A program made the translations under genes and the position numbers. A DNA stretch of 42,652 nucleotides from Octopus bimaculoides (taxonomy: Eukaryota). Location of the stretch: positions 85,044,020 through 85,086,671 of the forward strand of contig NC_068981.1 in the NCBI RefSeq assembly GCF_001194135.2, given 5' to 3'. Below the pieces are notes generated by a model. That model made no database searches and was not told the DNA's origin. It was given only the letters and a program-made list of their open reading frames with translations. Positions 22,201 to 35,016 of this stretch are shown in pieces (the first letter of the stretch is position 1; each line of letters opens with the position of its first letter).

Positions 22201-22419
22201 ACACTATAATTGATTATAAATTTCAGCACGGACATCGCTGACAGCCATTGTTTCTAACAACTAGCATCAAATAGCTTCGTTCTTTCAGATTTCCATCGAA
22301 GACAACTCTCTTTGTCAAGCAGGCTTGATAGAAGTCATGATTTAGTAGCCGACAGCCCGACCATGCAGCAGTTTATATACTGGGTTGCATGTTGCCAGTT
22401 GCACTGAGAGTGGTCTCAC

Positions 22420-22446
22420 ATACATGCATACACACACACACACACA

Positions 22447-22486
<40 letters not shown>
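22420..22486. repeat. (CA)n microsatellite
   Basis: Direct reading. Confidence 0.95.
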
Positions 22487-22487
<1 letters not shown>

Positions 22488-23013
22488 CGTTATTGTTCTG
22501 TGCTTCACAAATACATGCTTCTGTTCATTTACGTGTATTTTATGCAAATTACCGAGTCCACAAGTGAGTTCTATTCATTTTTGTACGAGAGTAAGTGTCA
22601 CTTGTGCTGAAAATGATGTTCAATAATAGCTTTGCTGACGAAGCCTACTGAAGAAGTAGCATCTCCTAAGAACTGTGGTCGTGTCTTAATGTAATGAGAC
22701 TGTCATTAGCTTAATGGCATATAAGTTTTAGAGAATACTTGATTCTTGATATTGCCACAAAGCGATCAGTCTATACTCTCTGGAAACGGACACAATTTTA
22801 AAAAGGAATAATTTATCTTGTATGTCAGTTAGTATGTACATATTTCACTTCATACATAATACATACATACATACATACATACATACCCGGATATGCATCT
22901 ATATATACATGTAGAAGAAGAAAACACAAATATACATGTAGATGTAGGCATGTACATATATGTATGTATACATGCATATGCTCATATATCATTTGTATTA
23001 TATATATATATAT

Positions 23014-23323
23014 ATAAAGTAGTTGTATACTGCCAACTTAATGTGACAGTCCCAATAAGGGAATATACTACTGCTATTTAGCCCTAGGAATCTGGACCGC
23101 TTCCTGTCAGCCTTGACACATTTCCTGTGTCTTTATGTTTGCGAGGGGGAGACAAACTCCTCCACCCAGCCTAGCCTGCATTCAGGGACATGTTTCTGAG
23201 TCTTTGCTCGTCATCAGCCTGAAGTAGCACGACCCGAAGTAGCAGCTTCCTAGGGCTAAATAGCAGTAGTATATTCCCTTATTGGGACTGTCACGTTAAG
23301 TTAGCAGTATACAACTACTTTAT
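23014..23323. mobile_element. Foldback/MITE-like element with 77-bp terminal inverted repeats adjoining (TA)n
   Basis: Arms 23014-23090 and 23247-23323 are reverse complements with 2 mismatches; the 156-bp spacer contains a hammerhead motif. Confidence 0.9.
23181..23223 (-). ncRNA. Minimal type I hammerhead ribozyme motif
   Basis: Minus strand: UUCAGG-CUGAUGA-CGAG-CAAAGA-CUCA-GAAA-CAUG-UC|CCUGAA. Stem I UUCAGG/CCUGAA, intact core, stem II GAG/CUC closed by a C.A mismatch, palindromic ACAUGU helix III, GUC cleavage triplet. Confidence 0.72.
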
Positions 23324-23588
23324 CGCATCACTACTGCTTAAGTCTCTCTGAGAGATTTAGAAATGTATATNNNNNNNNNNNNNNNNNNNNNNNNNNNNNN
23401 NNNNNNNNNNNNNNNNNNNNNNNNNNNNNNNNNNNNNNNNNNNNNNNNNNNNNNNNNNNNNNNNNNNNNNNNNNNNNNNNNNNNNNNNNNNNNNNNNNNN
23501 NNNNNNNNNNNNNNNNNNNNNNNNNNNNNNNNNNNNNNNNNNNNNNNNNNNNNNNNNNNNNNNNNNNNNNNNNNNNNNNNNNNNNNNN

Positions 23589-23632
23589 CTGAAATTCATT
23601 TGATATATATATATATATCAAATGAATTTCAG
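23589..23632. repeat. Perfect 44-bp palindrome centred on (TA)n at the edge of an N gap
   Basis: CTGAAATTCATTTGA-(TA)7-TCAAATGAATTTCAG. Confidence 0.85.
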
Positions 23633-23734
23633 TAACAATAGTTTTGCCTGTACTGGCTGACCCATCACTAGCATGCGACTAGATAAACCGTCTTGTTATA
23701 TGCAGCCCTGCCCATTGTATCTACTTTTCCCTCT

Positions 23735-23771
23735 TCCTTTTCTTCTTCCGCTTCCTCTTTTTCTACTACTT

Positions 23772-23804
<33 letters not shown>

Positions 23805-24035
23805 CTTCTTCTTCTTCTTCTTCTTCTTCTTTTCCTACTTATTCTTATCCCTCTTCCTTTCCTTCTCCTCCTTCCGATTCTTCCTCTTATTCTTCTCCTT
23901 CCTCTTCTCGTTCTACTTTACTTCCGTCTTCTCCTGATCGTTTTCCTTCCCACCTTCCCTTTCTCCCTCCTATTATTATACATCTCCACTCACTTGATTC
24001 TCCGCACCCGCATAATATCTACCTCACTTACTCAT
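23735..24035. repeat. Pyrimidine-rich tract with a pure (CTT)n core at 23775-23830
   Basis: Direct reading; explains the poly-L and poly-S ORFs. Confidence 0.9.
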
Positions 24036-25945
24036 CCCACATCCACACTTTTAATTTTTTTTTTCTTTTCTACTCCTTTCCAATACTTTCCTAACAACAA
24101 TGTCTGAAGGATGCAAGTCTAATGAAGTGCGTCTCCACTGTCTAAAACCGTAAATATCACGTGATTTTTCAATTAGAATTAATGCGTAAACTGATGATGT
24201 AAATATAGAGAGCGATTATATAGATAGGCAGACAGACAGATAGATGTGTATGTATGTATGTATGTGTGTTTAAGTGGATAGGTTTTGTGAACACGTGAAA
24301 GGAAACGGTACTCAGTATATTACACATTTATGACTCGGGTGATTGTTACACTTTTGCGAACGTTTTCTAGATCAAGCCATATGGGGGAGAGGACAAGAGA
24401 TTTTAAAGATAAAAATGTCTTTACGCAAAAGTGTTAGATCGAGGTGTGTTCCCTTTCGTTGGTATTGCATATAATACGGCTACTGTTTGCTGTGATTACT
24501 AGGTTGTAAATGAAAGCAGTTAGACGTAGAAACTGGAATGACTCTTTCTAACACAGCCTGCATTTTGTGCTCCATGGTTACATTTCCACCAATCTGTCCT
24601 GGATGTTTTATATAAAATTAGTAAACGTTCAGATCTGCCGAGCTCGCGTTTCTATAGAAATTGTGACAAATAGGTGGAATTCATCGTTACCTCAATCATA
24701 GTGAATGGAAATGCTTTTAGCAAATGGTCTAAACGGTGGCTCTTAAAACGTTAGTAATGAGTCCCTTATATGTCTTCTCACTAATATCAGAGAATGTTAT
24801 AATTGATTTGTATATCACCACTTTAAGGAGATACGAACATCTAAGTAGGCAGATTAAGCTGGTGTATCTAGTGATAGGCTGTGCAGTATCCGTTTTACAT
24901 TGTAGGGGGAGATCTAAAACGGAAGAGTCCATTGTATTAATCCGCAGGTGGGAAATGTATTTGTAAGGATGGGAAATACCTAAGTATATTAGTAACTATA
25001 CTCCTGTTGTCGAGCAGTTTAATCATGAAATACTTATTCCTGGTTCTTACATTTTATATCGAAAGTTCCTTGCACACGAATTACTCGCTAAATGTTCATG
25101 TTGGTGTGTCTATGAAATAGGAGCCAATGAAAATATCCATATAAGATGATAGATTGCACGCTTTCCTACATTAGCTTGTTACAAGATTCCTTATGATCGG
25201 GAAGTGTTTAAGATTCCTGTGAATATCCATCCTTGTTTAGTGTTAGGTCGATGAAGCGTTTGCTTTCGCTTTGCGTCAAGTTAAATTTTATGTCGCACAA
25301 GTTAGCTATGTGTATATTGTTGTTGCTATTGTCTTGTTGTTCGTCCACCAGGTCAGCTTTGATTGAGGAAATTTATGTGCATTCTAACCAGGCACTCCAG
25401 TATTTATTGCATCCCTCTAGTTTCAGATGGTCGCATAATTTGGCTGATATTTCTACCACATTGAGAGACAATATACAGGTCATCCTGGTGGCCTGTGCTA
25501 TTTCTAAGGCAGTACTACTGATGATAACTAAATCGAATTCCATTAATTTTCTTAAAAGTTACTTTCTCAATCAATTTATGAGCGTTTATATTGCATGAGA
25601 TTGCTGAACAATCATCTGGATACAGCTCTACAAGATTGGATACCTTGATTCTATTGTAGCTCTCCATGAATGGCGTTGACGAATTTGTTCGAAAGTCCAG
25701 GCTTTTCAATTGTGTTAGCCCCAGAATTTCTAATGATAGCGCTCATTGCACCAAGAGTATATTTGCTAATTACTTTCACTTCTCTCGATTAACCCGATTG
25801 AGGATAGTTAACTCTGTGATTCTTAAGAGTGATATATAGTTTACGTATAGCAGGACGTATTTCACGATCTTCTATTTTTAGTCGGAAGGTTAATTCTTTC
25901 GATTCTTTACTTAGGATATCAAGTTTAAGTAATATTTCTCAAGGT

Positions 25946-26090
25946 TAAGGCGGCAAAATGCTTAGGTTGATTTTACCGATCATAATTTCGGGGTCGATAC
26001 AATAAGTACTATTCGAGCCCTGGGGGGTCAATGTAATCGACTTACCCGCTTTCCCAAAATTGCTAGCCTTGTGCTAACATTTGAAATCAA
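25946..26090 (+). mobile_element. SINE family C with internal deletion
   Basis: TAAGGCGGCAAAATGCTTAG...TTTCGGGGTCGATACAATAAGTAC...GGGGTCAATGTAATCGACTTACCC...GCCTTGTGC. Confidence 0.75.
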
Positions 26091-26419
26091 AATTTCTCAA
26101 GGCTTTAGAATGTTTTATGTCGTTTAGTTTGTTTTCTTTTTTGTTGTTGCTTTGGAAGCTGAGTGATAGCTTGATATGGTTCATGTAAGTTTTCAGTGTT
26201 ATTTCGAAGTATTTTGTGAAGAGGAGGAATCTCATAATTTTTTCTAGTTGTTAAGTTCCTTAATTTAAGGGAAATATTTTCTCAGCTCTTCGCTCTCGGT
26301 TCGTAGTTAGAGCTCGACATGATCCTAGCGAATAATATTTTTGGTTTTTGTTTCTAAACTAAATAAAAAGTACTTTATCGTCACTTTCAAATGTATGTAC
26401 ACATACCTTTAAAAATAAT

Positions 26420-26637
26420 ACTGATTTCCAATTTTGGCACAAAGCCAGCAATTTCGTGGGAGGAAGTAAGTCGATTACATCGACCTCAGTGCCCCAAAAT
26501 AACTTATTTTATCGTCTCGAATAGTATGAAGGGCAATGTCGACTTCGGCCGAATTTGAATTCAGAATGTAAAGACGGATGAAATGCCGCTAAGCATTGTT
26601 CCCGGCGTGCTTACGATTCTGTCTGCTCGTCGCCTTA
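26420..26637 (-). mobile_element. SINE family C, near full length
   Basis: Reverse complement TAAGGCGACGAGCAGACAGAATCGTAAGCACGCCGGG...TTCTGAATTCAAATTCGGCCGAAGTCGAC...GGCTTTGTGCCAAAATTGGAAATC. Confidence 0.88.
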
Positions 26638-27091
26638 TCTTTGAAAATACTAATAATTTATACATCTATATAAAACTATTTTATTTAGAGACTGGTGACA
26701 TGAGGTTGTTTAATACCCATACTTTAAGGGAAGAGATACTGATTCAATTAGAAATTGAAACAACTGAGGCTGGCCTTAATTATTTCTCGGGGTGTTTATC
26801 GCTTTTATCGCTGTCGTCAAACATAATAGGCACACGCACTCTTTCAAAATATCTTCCTTATGTTACGATAACAGTGGATCTAAAGTTCATCTGTTATCTA
26901 TGCTAGTTACTCTGCTTTTTACGTGTGGTCTGTTGATAAGACCTCTGCAGAGTGAACAACAAACCTAGTGCAAGTTACACTTAACATCTGATAACGAACA
27001 AGGTATTGTGTTAATTTTATCTCCTTAACAGCAAATAGTAACATATTTAGTGGTTGGAAGTCATTTCTATCAAATTATTAAAAGTGAAAAC

Positions 27092-27093
<2 letters not shown>

Positions 27094-27163
<70 letters not shown>
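27094..27163. repeat. (GT)n microsatellite
   Basis: Direct reading. Confidence 0.95.
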
Positions 27164-27164
<1 letters not shown>

Positions 27165-28017
27165 ACGCGGTTTGGAATATTTTTCGTTTTAAAATTAGAT
27201 TATATTAGAATGATATCTGCTGAGCATTACACAAGAAGGGGAAAAGCTTTGGCGGAACGGCTTCGATATTTGAATAAATTCAACTGATTCTAGTAACTTT
27301 CCTAACAAACAGATAATCTATCGTATTTCACCTTCGCCCATACAGATTATGTCGAGTGCCCTATGTAAAAAAATCTGAGTGACTCAGATTAGTTCAGCTG
27401 CCTAGCCCGTACCGTACACGTTATGGAGACTAAGCTTCGATAAAGCCATTTTCACAAGCAAAGATTAGTGTTTAGTTATTAGTGTCACTTATATCGCAAG
27501 AGATCCTCTGCGCAGTCACTCAAATTCCTGGAAACATATACTTCACAGAAAGTATGAGTAATTCTTCTGTTTAATATAAAATTGTCATATTATAACTTGA
27601 CATAAAAACAAACATTAATATATATATACATATATATGTATATCAATTTTAAGTTATCTTTACAGTTTTCCTGTAGATATTATAGCCAACACTGAAAGTT
27701 ACGACGTTTCGTACACGAATACGTCTTTCTAAACAATGCGATCGAAACTAGAAAAAATAGGTAATGGGTGTATATGCATATTTCAGGAGGTATTGCTCCT
27801 TCTTCAACACAACACCCAACTCATTAACCATCCACGAACACATTACTTAAATAGTTACTAAATTTAGAGGTGTAACACAATTGGATATACCAATTTTATA
27901 TATTAAACACATTCTTGGTAACTGGCAGGTACATATGATGTATTTCGTTATGTAACCATAATATACTACAAAACATACTGTGGTGCATAACGAAATGCAG
28001 TGTCCCTACCAGCAATT

Positions 28018-28065
28018 AATATATATATATCCGTGTGTGTGAGTATGTGTATGTGTGTGTTTATA

Positions 28066-28147
<82 letters not shown>

Positions 28148-28152
28148 TATAT
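28018..28152. repeat. (TA)n-dominated microsatellite 5' of the PLE fragment
   Basis: Direct reading. Confidence 0.95.
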
Positions 28153-28155
28153 AAA

Positions 28156-29263
28156 TACACACACCCTACACTTCGCACATCTTCCTTAACCGAACCCCTC
28201 CTCTCCTTCAAACGAGCCTACAACCTACGAGACCTCTTTGTCCACAGCTTTTTCCCTAACCCAACCTCGCAACTCGGCTTGTTCGCCTGCTCCCGCCCAC
28301 GATGCCGCACTTGCCCTTGCCTCTCCAACACCACCCTCCTCACCGGCACCCATCATCGACTCCTTCATATCACCGATTCCTTCACCTGCACTTCTACCAA
28401 TGTCATCTACTGCATCTCCTGCTCTCTCTGCCCTTCTCTATACATCGGGCAAACGGATGCCGCTTGGCTGACCGGTTCGCAGAACACCTCCGAGACATTC
28501 GACTCGGCAATGACATCCCGGTCTCGCTCCATTTCCGCTCTGCCGGTCACTCTGCAACACCTGTCTATGTTCGGATTGTCCTTGCACAGGGGCCATCCGG
28601 ACTCCCGTTTTCGTCGTGAAGAGGGATTAATCTTCTCTCTTCGCTCCTTTGCACCCTATGGGCTCAACATTCCTCCCCTTTCCGCTCTCGTTCTCACACC
28701 TATTTCCTCCCACCCACCTTTCCTTTCTTGCTCCGAATCCTATTTCTCTTCAGTCCTACTCTCCTCTCTTCTCTTCACTCTTACCCACCGTCTCCCTTCC
28801 ACCTCTCCCTTCATCATCACTCTTCCCTCGTAACCACCCCTACACAATCCAACCCCACCTTCCCTATCCATGCTATTCCACCCCCAATACATCTCTTACA
28901 CCTACTCCCACATACTCCGCCTCTACACCCACCCTCAGCCTAACCCACATACCCCCACCTCTACCCCCACCACAGCCTGACCCACACCCCATCTTTGCTT
29001 TCTCCACCCTCGCCTCCCCCACATTCTAACACCATCACACCATACACCACAATACCACACAACACCACATCGCATCATACCACCACGCACACACTAGCAC
29101 CGACCACTTCCCAGCCCCACACCATCATCCACACACCTACACATACACACACGCACACGTCAAGGTCGCCAACCCTCTTCTACACGCACATACATGCTCT
29201 CTTATACACGCGCACCTTCGTTTTGGGATCCCCACTACTTTATTATCGCCCCTTCTTCCTAGC
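28156..29263 (+). mobile_element. Penelope-like element 3' fragment: GIY-YIG endonuclease plus C-rich 3' region, truncated by an N gap
   Basis: [16 protein letters not shown]...CSRPRCRTC...FTCTSTNVIYCISCSLCPSLYIGQT; frameshift; RLADRFAEHLRDI...PVSLHF...H; frameshift; RFRREEGLIFSLRSFAPYGLN. Confidence 0.9.
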
Positions 29264-30777
29264 NNNNNNNNNNNNNNNNNNNNNNNNNNNNNNNNNNNNN
29301 NNNNNNNNNNNNNNNNNNNNNNNNNNNNNNNNNNNNNNNNNNNNNNNNNNNNNNNNNNNNNNNNNNNNNNNNNNNNNNNNNNNNNNNNNNNNNNNNNNNN
29401 NNNNNNNNNNNNNNNNNNNNNNNNNNNNNNNNNNNNNNNNNNNNNNNNNNNNNNNNNNNNNNNNATATATATATATATATATATATATATAGGAGTTACA
29501 CAAAAGCTATTTTAAGCTTCAAGCACGGTTAGTGCATTAAACGAACAGGCTTGTATAACGTACAGTACACAAGCAATCATTCGAGCCTAAACGACTGCTG
29601 GATCATAGGCGGTTTTACCGTCTTAACTTGTCGCTAAGTGTTTGACAATTGTTTTGCATTCTTCTAGTACCTCAGTTTTTACTTTATTTCGGCACTGAAC
29701 ATATTGCATGAGAATGAAAGATAGCGAGTCTCATGTGTACATATCTTTCTCACTTAAAATAGATTTTCTACTAGTCTAACATCTGTGCTAAGTGAATAAG
29801 ACTGCATGGCACAAACCTTAAGCTAAGAATGGAATAGCTTTGTTGTGATAGTTGGGGTATTCCACCTATATGCAACAATGAAACACAACTCTGTGAAATA
29901 TTTAATTTAATATTTTTAAAAATTACACAAATACAAACGTAAATGCAAACACAACGATTAGCAATGAAAGGCAGGTTTAAACCTAATGCTCTTTGTTATT
30001 GTTATATTATTATTTCATCCCTCGTCAATAAAAGTCATATAGATAAGGCCCTCGTACATGGATCCAAAAGCACTTCAACTCATATTGGTCTAACTAGCAT
30101 TACTATTAAAATCTAGTACATACAACACATTGCCTTTGTTACTCTGAATTTAGAAGCATTTCGTCATTTCCAAAATATATATTGGGCGTCACAGACAAAA
30201 GTGTAGAAAATATAGCGATAAACCAGATTTTTAGTTTGAAAAAGCAAGTGCTGGTCCTCGCTTTTTATACTTTGAATATAAAAATACGTCATTAAAATGT
30301 ACGAGATCCAACAAAGAAAAAATATAGAGCACTTTACATAGTCATTGAAATACAATACGAGTTCACCAGGTGCTAACACTACCAAGAGAAAAAGTTAACA
30401 TCCTAACAATGAACTATATGTTAGTAGACAAAAAAATCTGAACTTATCTATTAGTACCGACATAAGAATCATTACCTTTTGAACAAATCTCTGAAACAGT
30501 CAAACTGCATCCTTAAATACCTAGATCCAAATACAAGTACACATGGATAACCAATAAAAAATTTCATACATGCTACATATAATCACTTTATATACCATCT
30601 GAAATATCCTACCACAAAACGTTTTTCAACACCATATTTATGCATATAGTTATCAAAATAATTTTTCACCTTGGACATTTTTTATTTTCAATATAAATTA
30701 TGCTTTTAATTTTTTTATTATTATTTTCTTTAGAATTTTAAATTCCAGTGTTACCTAATGAAGTTTGCGTTTGTATA

Positions 30778-30793
30778 TTTGTATGTCTGTGCA

Positions 30794-30841
<48 letters not shown>

Positions 30842-31045
30842 AATGCATGTACATGTCAATACCGATACGTATGTGTATATGTGAATATGTGCAGTAATAT
30901 ATATGTGTGCATGTATTTATGTACGTATCTATGTATGTATATATAAATATATATATTCATATGTCTGTCTCTATGTATGTATGTATGTATGTATGAATAC
31001 GGACATGGATACACACAAACACACACACACATGTACATGTGTAGT
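30778..31045. repeat. Compound (TG)n/(TATG)n/(CA)n microsatellite
   Basis: Direct reading. Confidence 0.9.
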
Positions 31046-31203
31046 ATACAAGACTTGCTATTTTTTATATTCTACTGTTTTTATTACAGTATATTATAAT
31101 ATATTAGATAATATAATTTATTGTGCATTATACTATCATATATGTATATATTATTTTTGTCTTGATACATACGCACACAAACAAAGATACGCATATATAA
31201 ATA

Positions 31204-31912
31204 CAAGGTGGGATCGATGGATAAATTGTGGTTATTTTATATTTTTAATTTCGCACATGCGCATTGTTTGTTTTTGATTTTGCCCACTACACAGTAGGTT
31301 CAGTTGGGCACTATCTGTGAGAAAGACAGCACCATGATGCAATTCACTCAGCCAGAAACTTGGACACGACACACTGCACTGCTTGGCATTCATACCGGAA
31401 GCTCCAATACAAACAGGTGGCGAACACACAGAACAACCGTTGGCTTGCCGTGTCGTCAAAACATGTACCGAAAGTGATAAAAATCAAACATCATGGTGTT
31501 TGAAGTGATCTTTACTGATGGCGAAGTTATACCTCCATTTATCTTCCCACACGGTCACAGACTCAACACGGAGGTCTACATCAAGTGCCTGGAGGAGGTA
31601 GTGCTACCCTGGGTCAAGAAGGTGGCTACCGGAAGACCCTATATCTGCCAACAGGACTCTGCACCATACCACACAAGCAGAGAACCCAGTCATGGTTGTC
31701 AGGCAATTTCTGCGACCACATCAGCCCTAATATCTGGCCACCAAACTCCCCAGACTGCAACCCCCTTAATTATTATGTGTGGAGCGGAGTCGAGCGAGAG
31801 ACCAACAAAATTTCTTGTAACACCAAAGATGAACTGAAAGCAAGGATTATGGCAGCATTTACCAACTTAAAGGAGACCGTCCAGAAGAGTTGCAGGAGAT
31901 TCTGAAGTCGTG
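31204..31912 (+). mobile_element. Internally deleted, 3'-truncated Tc1/mariner element, DD37D (maT) type
   Basis: 5' end TA|CAAGGTGG; N-terminus MMQFTQPETWTRH..LLGIHTGSSNT; jump to NTQNNRWLAV...MVFEVIFTDGEVIPPFIF...QQDSAPYHTS-(1-nt frameshift)-RTQSWL...WPPNSPDCNPLN. The spacing is 37 once the frameshift is repaired, and the third D reads N. Confidence 0.82.
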
Positions 31913-32214
31913 TTTTGGCCGCTGCAATTTGGAAGATTGCTTGTTTATTGCCTCATAACTTACGAAATATTTATTCCATCCACTTGCATTTTTCACGAAA
32001 GATAGACATTAGATATATCTAAATATGCGTAAAATATCTAGTCTCAACGTTTTGGTAATCTTCTGTAATAAACATTTCAATACACTTGTTCTTACTGAGC
32101 CTTATATTATGGCCGCTACTGTATGTGCATTGACGTATGTGTACGTTAATAGGAATTAACTTCACAGTTATGCGACTATACAGATAAATATACAAAAGAA
32201 AGGACAGAAAAAAA

Positions 32215-32273
32215 CATTTGTGTGTGTGTGTTGGTAGGACGTATGGGATGGGTACATACACATACATGTGTGC

Positions 32274-32317
<44 letters not shown>
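32215..32317. repeat. (TG)n/(TA)n microsatellite
   Basis: Direct reading. Confidence 0.9.
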
Positions 32318-32319
<2 letters not shown>

Positions 32320-33117
32320 TGGCGGACAAATATATACAAAACAGGCGGCGAATGAAAGACTCTAAAGAGAAATTGATTGATAGCATTTGCTTTCGACACA
32401 CGAAACCCATTGCTAATAGTAATTTACTATTTAAAATTTAGGTGAGATACACACCTTCCATTGTGCATTGGAAGAACGGCGAATATATTGGCTGTTATCT
32501 GCAATAGGATAAAGCTTCGAATCTTTAAGCTTATACGAATATAGCGAATGTAAATATATTAAACATCTATATGTGTAAACACCAATATGATGTTAGAGTG
32601 AAAGATATTGGAAGAAAGATTAAGAGAACAATGAACAAATAATAAAACACTTGTTCTTTTACAGTGAAATTTAAAACTGACATGAACAAAAATTAGTCTA
32701 CTAGTTAATGAAACCATTATAAATTTGTAGCAATTGACACAATGCCACAAAATCTTGAGTGTAGATTTGTAACCGATTAACTCAACTTCTGGTCTTTAAT
32801 GATATCTAATTTAATTTGCCATCAACTTTTGTAGGAGTTGAAACGATAACGTAAAAGAATGTAACTAGATACTGCAAGCAATTTTTGTTTGCTGCTTTGT
32901 CACTATTAGACACTATCATTAAAATCAAAACTGCCAGATTTTTATGGAGAAGTGCTGTAATCTGTCAACTGAAGAAAATAATTTTATATCACTGTTTGTG
33001 AATTCAAGAAAAGTTTACCTTTAAGTTAAGTATAGATTTATGAAGTGTAAAGTCGGCTCTCTTTCCCCAAAAATTTCAGACCTTGTCCCTATAATAGAAA
33101 GGATTATTTATTCCAGA

Positions 33118-33335
33118 TAAGGCATCGAGCTGGCAGAATCAATGCGCCGGACAAAATACTTAGTGGCATTTCATCTGTCTTCACGTTCTGAGTTCCGAAT
33201 CCACCAGGGAAGACTTTCCCTTTCATCCTTTCGGGGTCGATAAAATAAGTACTAGTTGAGTACTGGGGTCGTTGTAATCGAATACCCAACTCCCTTAAAA
33301 CTTCAGGCCTTGTGCTAATAGTAGAAAGAATTATT
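33118..33335 (+). mobile_element. SINE family C, full length, immediately after the tail of an older copy (33060-33108)
   Basis: TAAGGCATCGAGCTGGCAGAATC...TTCTGAGTTCCGAATCC...CCCTTTCATCCTTTCGGGGTCGATAAAATAAGTAC...GGCCTTGTGCTAATAGTAGAAAGAATTATT. Confidence 0.9.
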
Positions 33336-34037
33336 TACTCCAAATCTCACTTTTGTTCAGTTTAAGTCTTGTTTGGGACAGTAATAATCGGGAGAATTAG
33401 TTTTCAGCAAACTAACAGCCTTTATTTTATATAACCGAATTAGACTCGTATAAGACAGCAGCGTAATCAGAGAGCGCTTAATATTTTAATTAAATAGTGA
33501 TGGCTTACTTCAGAGTTCTGCATCAAATAAAATTGCTTAGATTTCCTTATGACGGAGAGAATTGCTTAAAATTCCTTTTAGATTTATTGATGGAAGATAA
33601 ATAATTGCTTCATGTTGAACAAAAATATTAAACTGTTCGTGGGCTTAAAGGCAAGCGACATTTTCCTTTGAAAAGAATGAAAAAGCAAAGCTTAAATGCC
33701 GCTGGGTAATTCATCCAGTCATACTTTTCAATTGTCATCTGCGTCAATGTTCATTCACTCAAAAATATTTATAGCTTTCAGTCATGTAAGACCTGCTATA
33801 TATTGATAAGGCTGTGCTTTTTTATTTTGGGTCACTATCTCAAACGTGTTAGACTACATTAAACTACATACCAATCTACATAGTAAGCCCAGAATATCAG
33901 CTCAAATTATATACGCTTTGATAGCATGCGCATTAACAAACTGAGCTACGCTACACACTATTTAAATGTGATAAACTGAATCGTTGATATCAGCTGAAAT
34001 TCGAATAATTAATGCTTTGTAGTAGAAATATGTCATG

Positions 34038-35016
34038 TGATGCACCAACCCGCTCCAGGAAAACTATATGTAGAACCCAACATTTCTATCAACGGGCAAA
34101 GACTCAACGCGGTTGGCAAATTCACCTACCTTAGCAGTACGCTTTCCCGCAATGTAGTCATTGACGATGAGATCAACACCAGACTCGCCAAAGCAAGTGC
34201 TGCTTTCGGCAGACTCCACAAGAATGTATGGGACAGAAGAGGCATCACCTCCATGACAAAGATCAAGGTCTACAAAGCTGTCATACTCACCACCCTACTC
34301 TATGGATGTGAGTCGTGGACCGTCTACCAACACCACGTCAAAAAACTAAATCACTTCCACACCACCAGGCTGAGGAAACTACTTGGCATAAGCCGGCAGG
34401 AAAGGATACCAGACACAGAAGTCCTCACTCGTGCCGGGCTCCCAAGCATCCATACCATCCTGATGAAAACTCAGCNNNNNNNNNNNNNNNNNNNNNNNNN
34501 NNNNNNNNNNNNNNNNNNNNNNNNNNNNNNNNNNNNNNNNNNNNNNNNNNNNNNNNNNNNNNNNNNNNNNNNNNNNNNNNNNNNNNNNNNNNNNNNNNNN
34601 NNNNNNNNNNNNNNNNNNNNNNNNNNNNNNNNNNNNCTCCAGCACGGCAAGCGCTCCCATGGCGGCCAGAAGAAACGGTTTAAAGACAGCCTAAAGGTAT
34701 TACTGGAGGCCTTCAACATTGACCCGTCATCATGGGAGCAGACAGCTTTAGATAGGGCAAAGTGGCGGGCCGCTGTTCACAACGGTACCCGCCAATATGA
34801 AAGTGACAGGAAAGCTGCTGCAGAGAAGCGCAGGCAGAACAGAAAGTACAATGCTTTGAAGCCCCCGGCACCTGCTACCATTCCCTGTCCCTACTGCAGC
34901 AGATCTTTCCAAGCGCGGATTGAGCTTATCAGCCATCTCCGCACTCACTGATGATGACCTCCCCACCACCCTCTAGGATGATCAGATGGTCCTCGTCGTT
35001 TCGACGGACGAACAAC
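34038..35016 (+). mobile_element. RTE-clade LINE, 5'-truncated 3' fragment with TSD
   Basis: FTYLSSTLS...RLAKASAAFGRL...TKIKVYKAVILTTLLYGCESW...GKRSHGGQKKRFKD...W...A.DR..W, then C2H2-like CPYCSRSFQARIELISHLRTH*. 3' end TCGACGGACGAACAAC; TSD ATGTCATG at 34030-34037 / 35017-35024; N gap at 34476-34636. Confidence 0.93.

Noticed and set aside
22628-22682. CTGACGAAG...CTACT/AGTAG hairpin...GTC as a hammerhead
   Set aside because: No GAAA box and no convincing stem I.
23589-23632. Perfect palindrome as a biological cruciform
   Set aside because: It is centred on (TA)n and starts at the first base after an N gap, the pattern expected from mirrored read extension during assembly; it needs long reads.
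24117-24155. CTAATGA-AGTG/CACT-...-TAAAAC-CGTA as a hammerhead
   Set aside because: Both conserved boxes are mutated; indistinguishable from chance.
25050-25900. Ancient RTE-like RT remnant on the minus strand (LYPDDC..., QSIILYG..W)
   Set aside because: Only two short, widely spaced motif resemblances; too weak to call.
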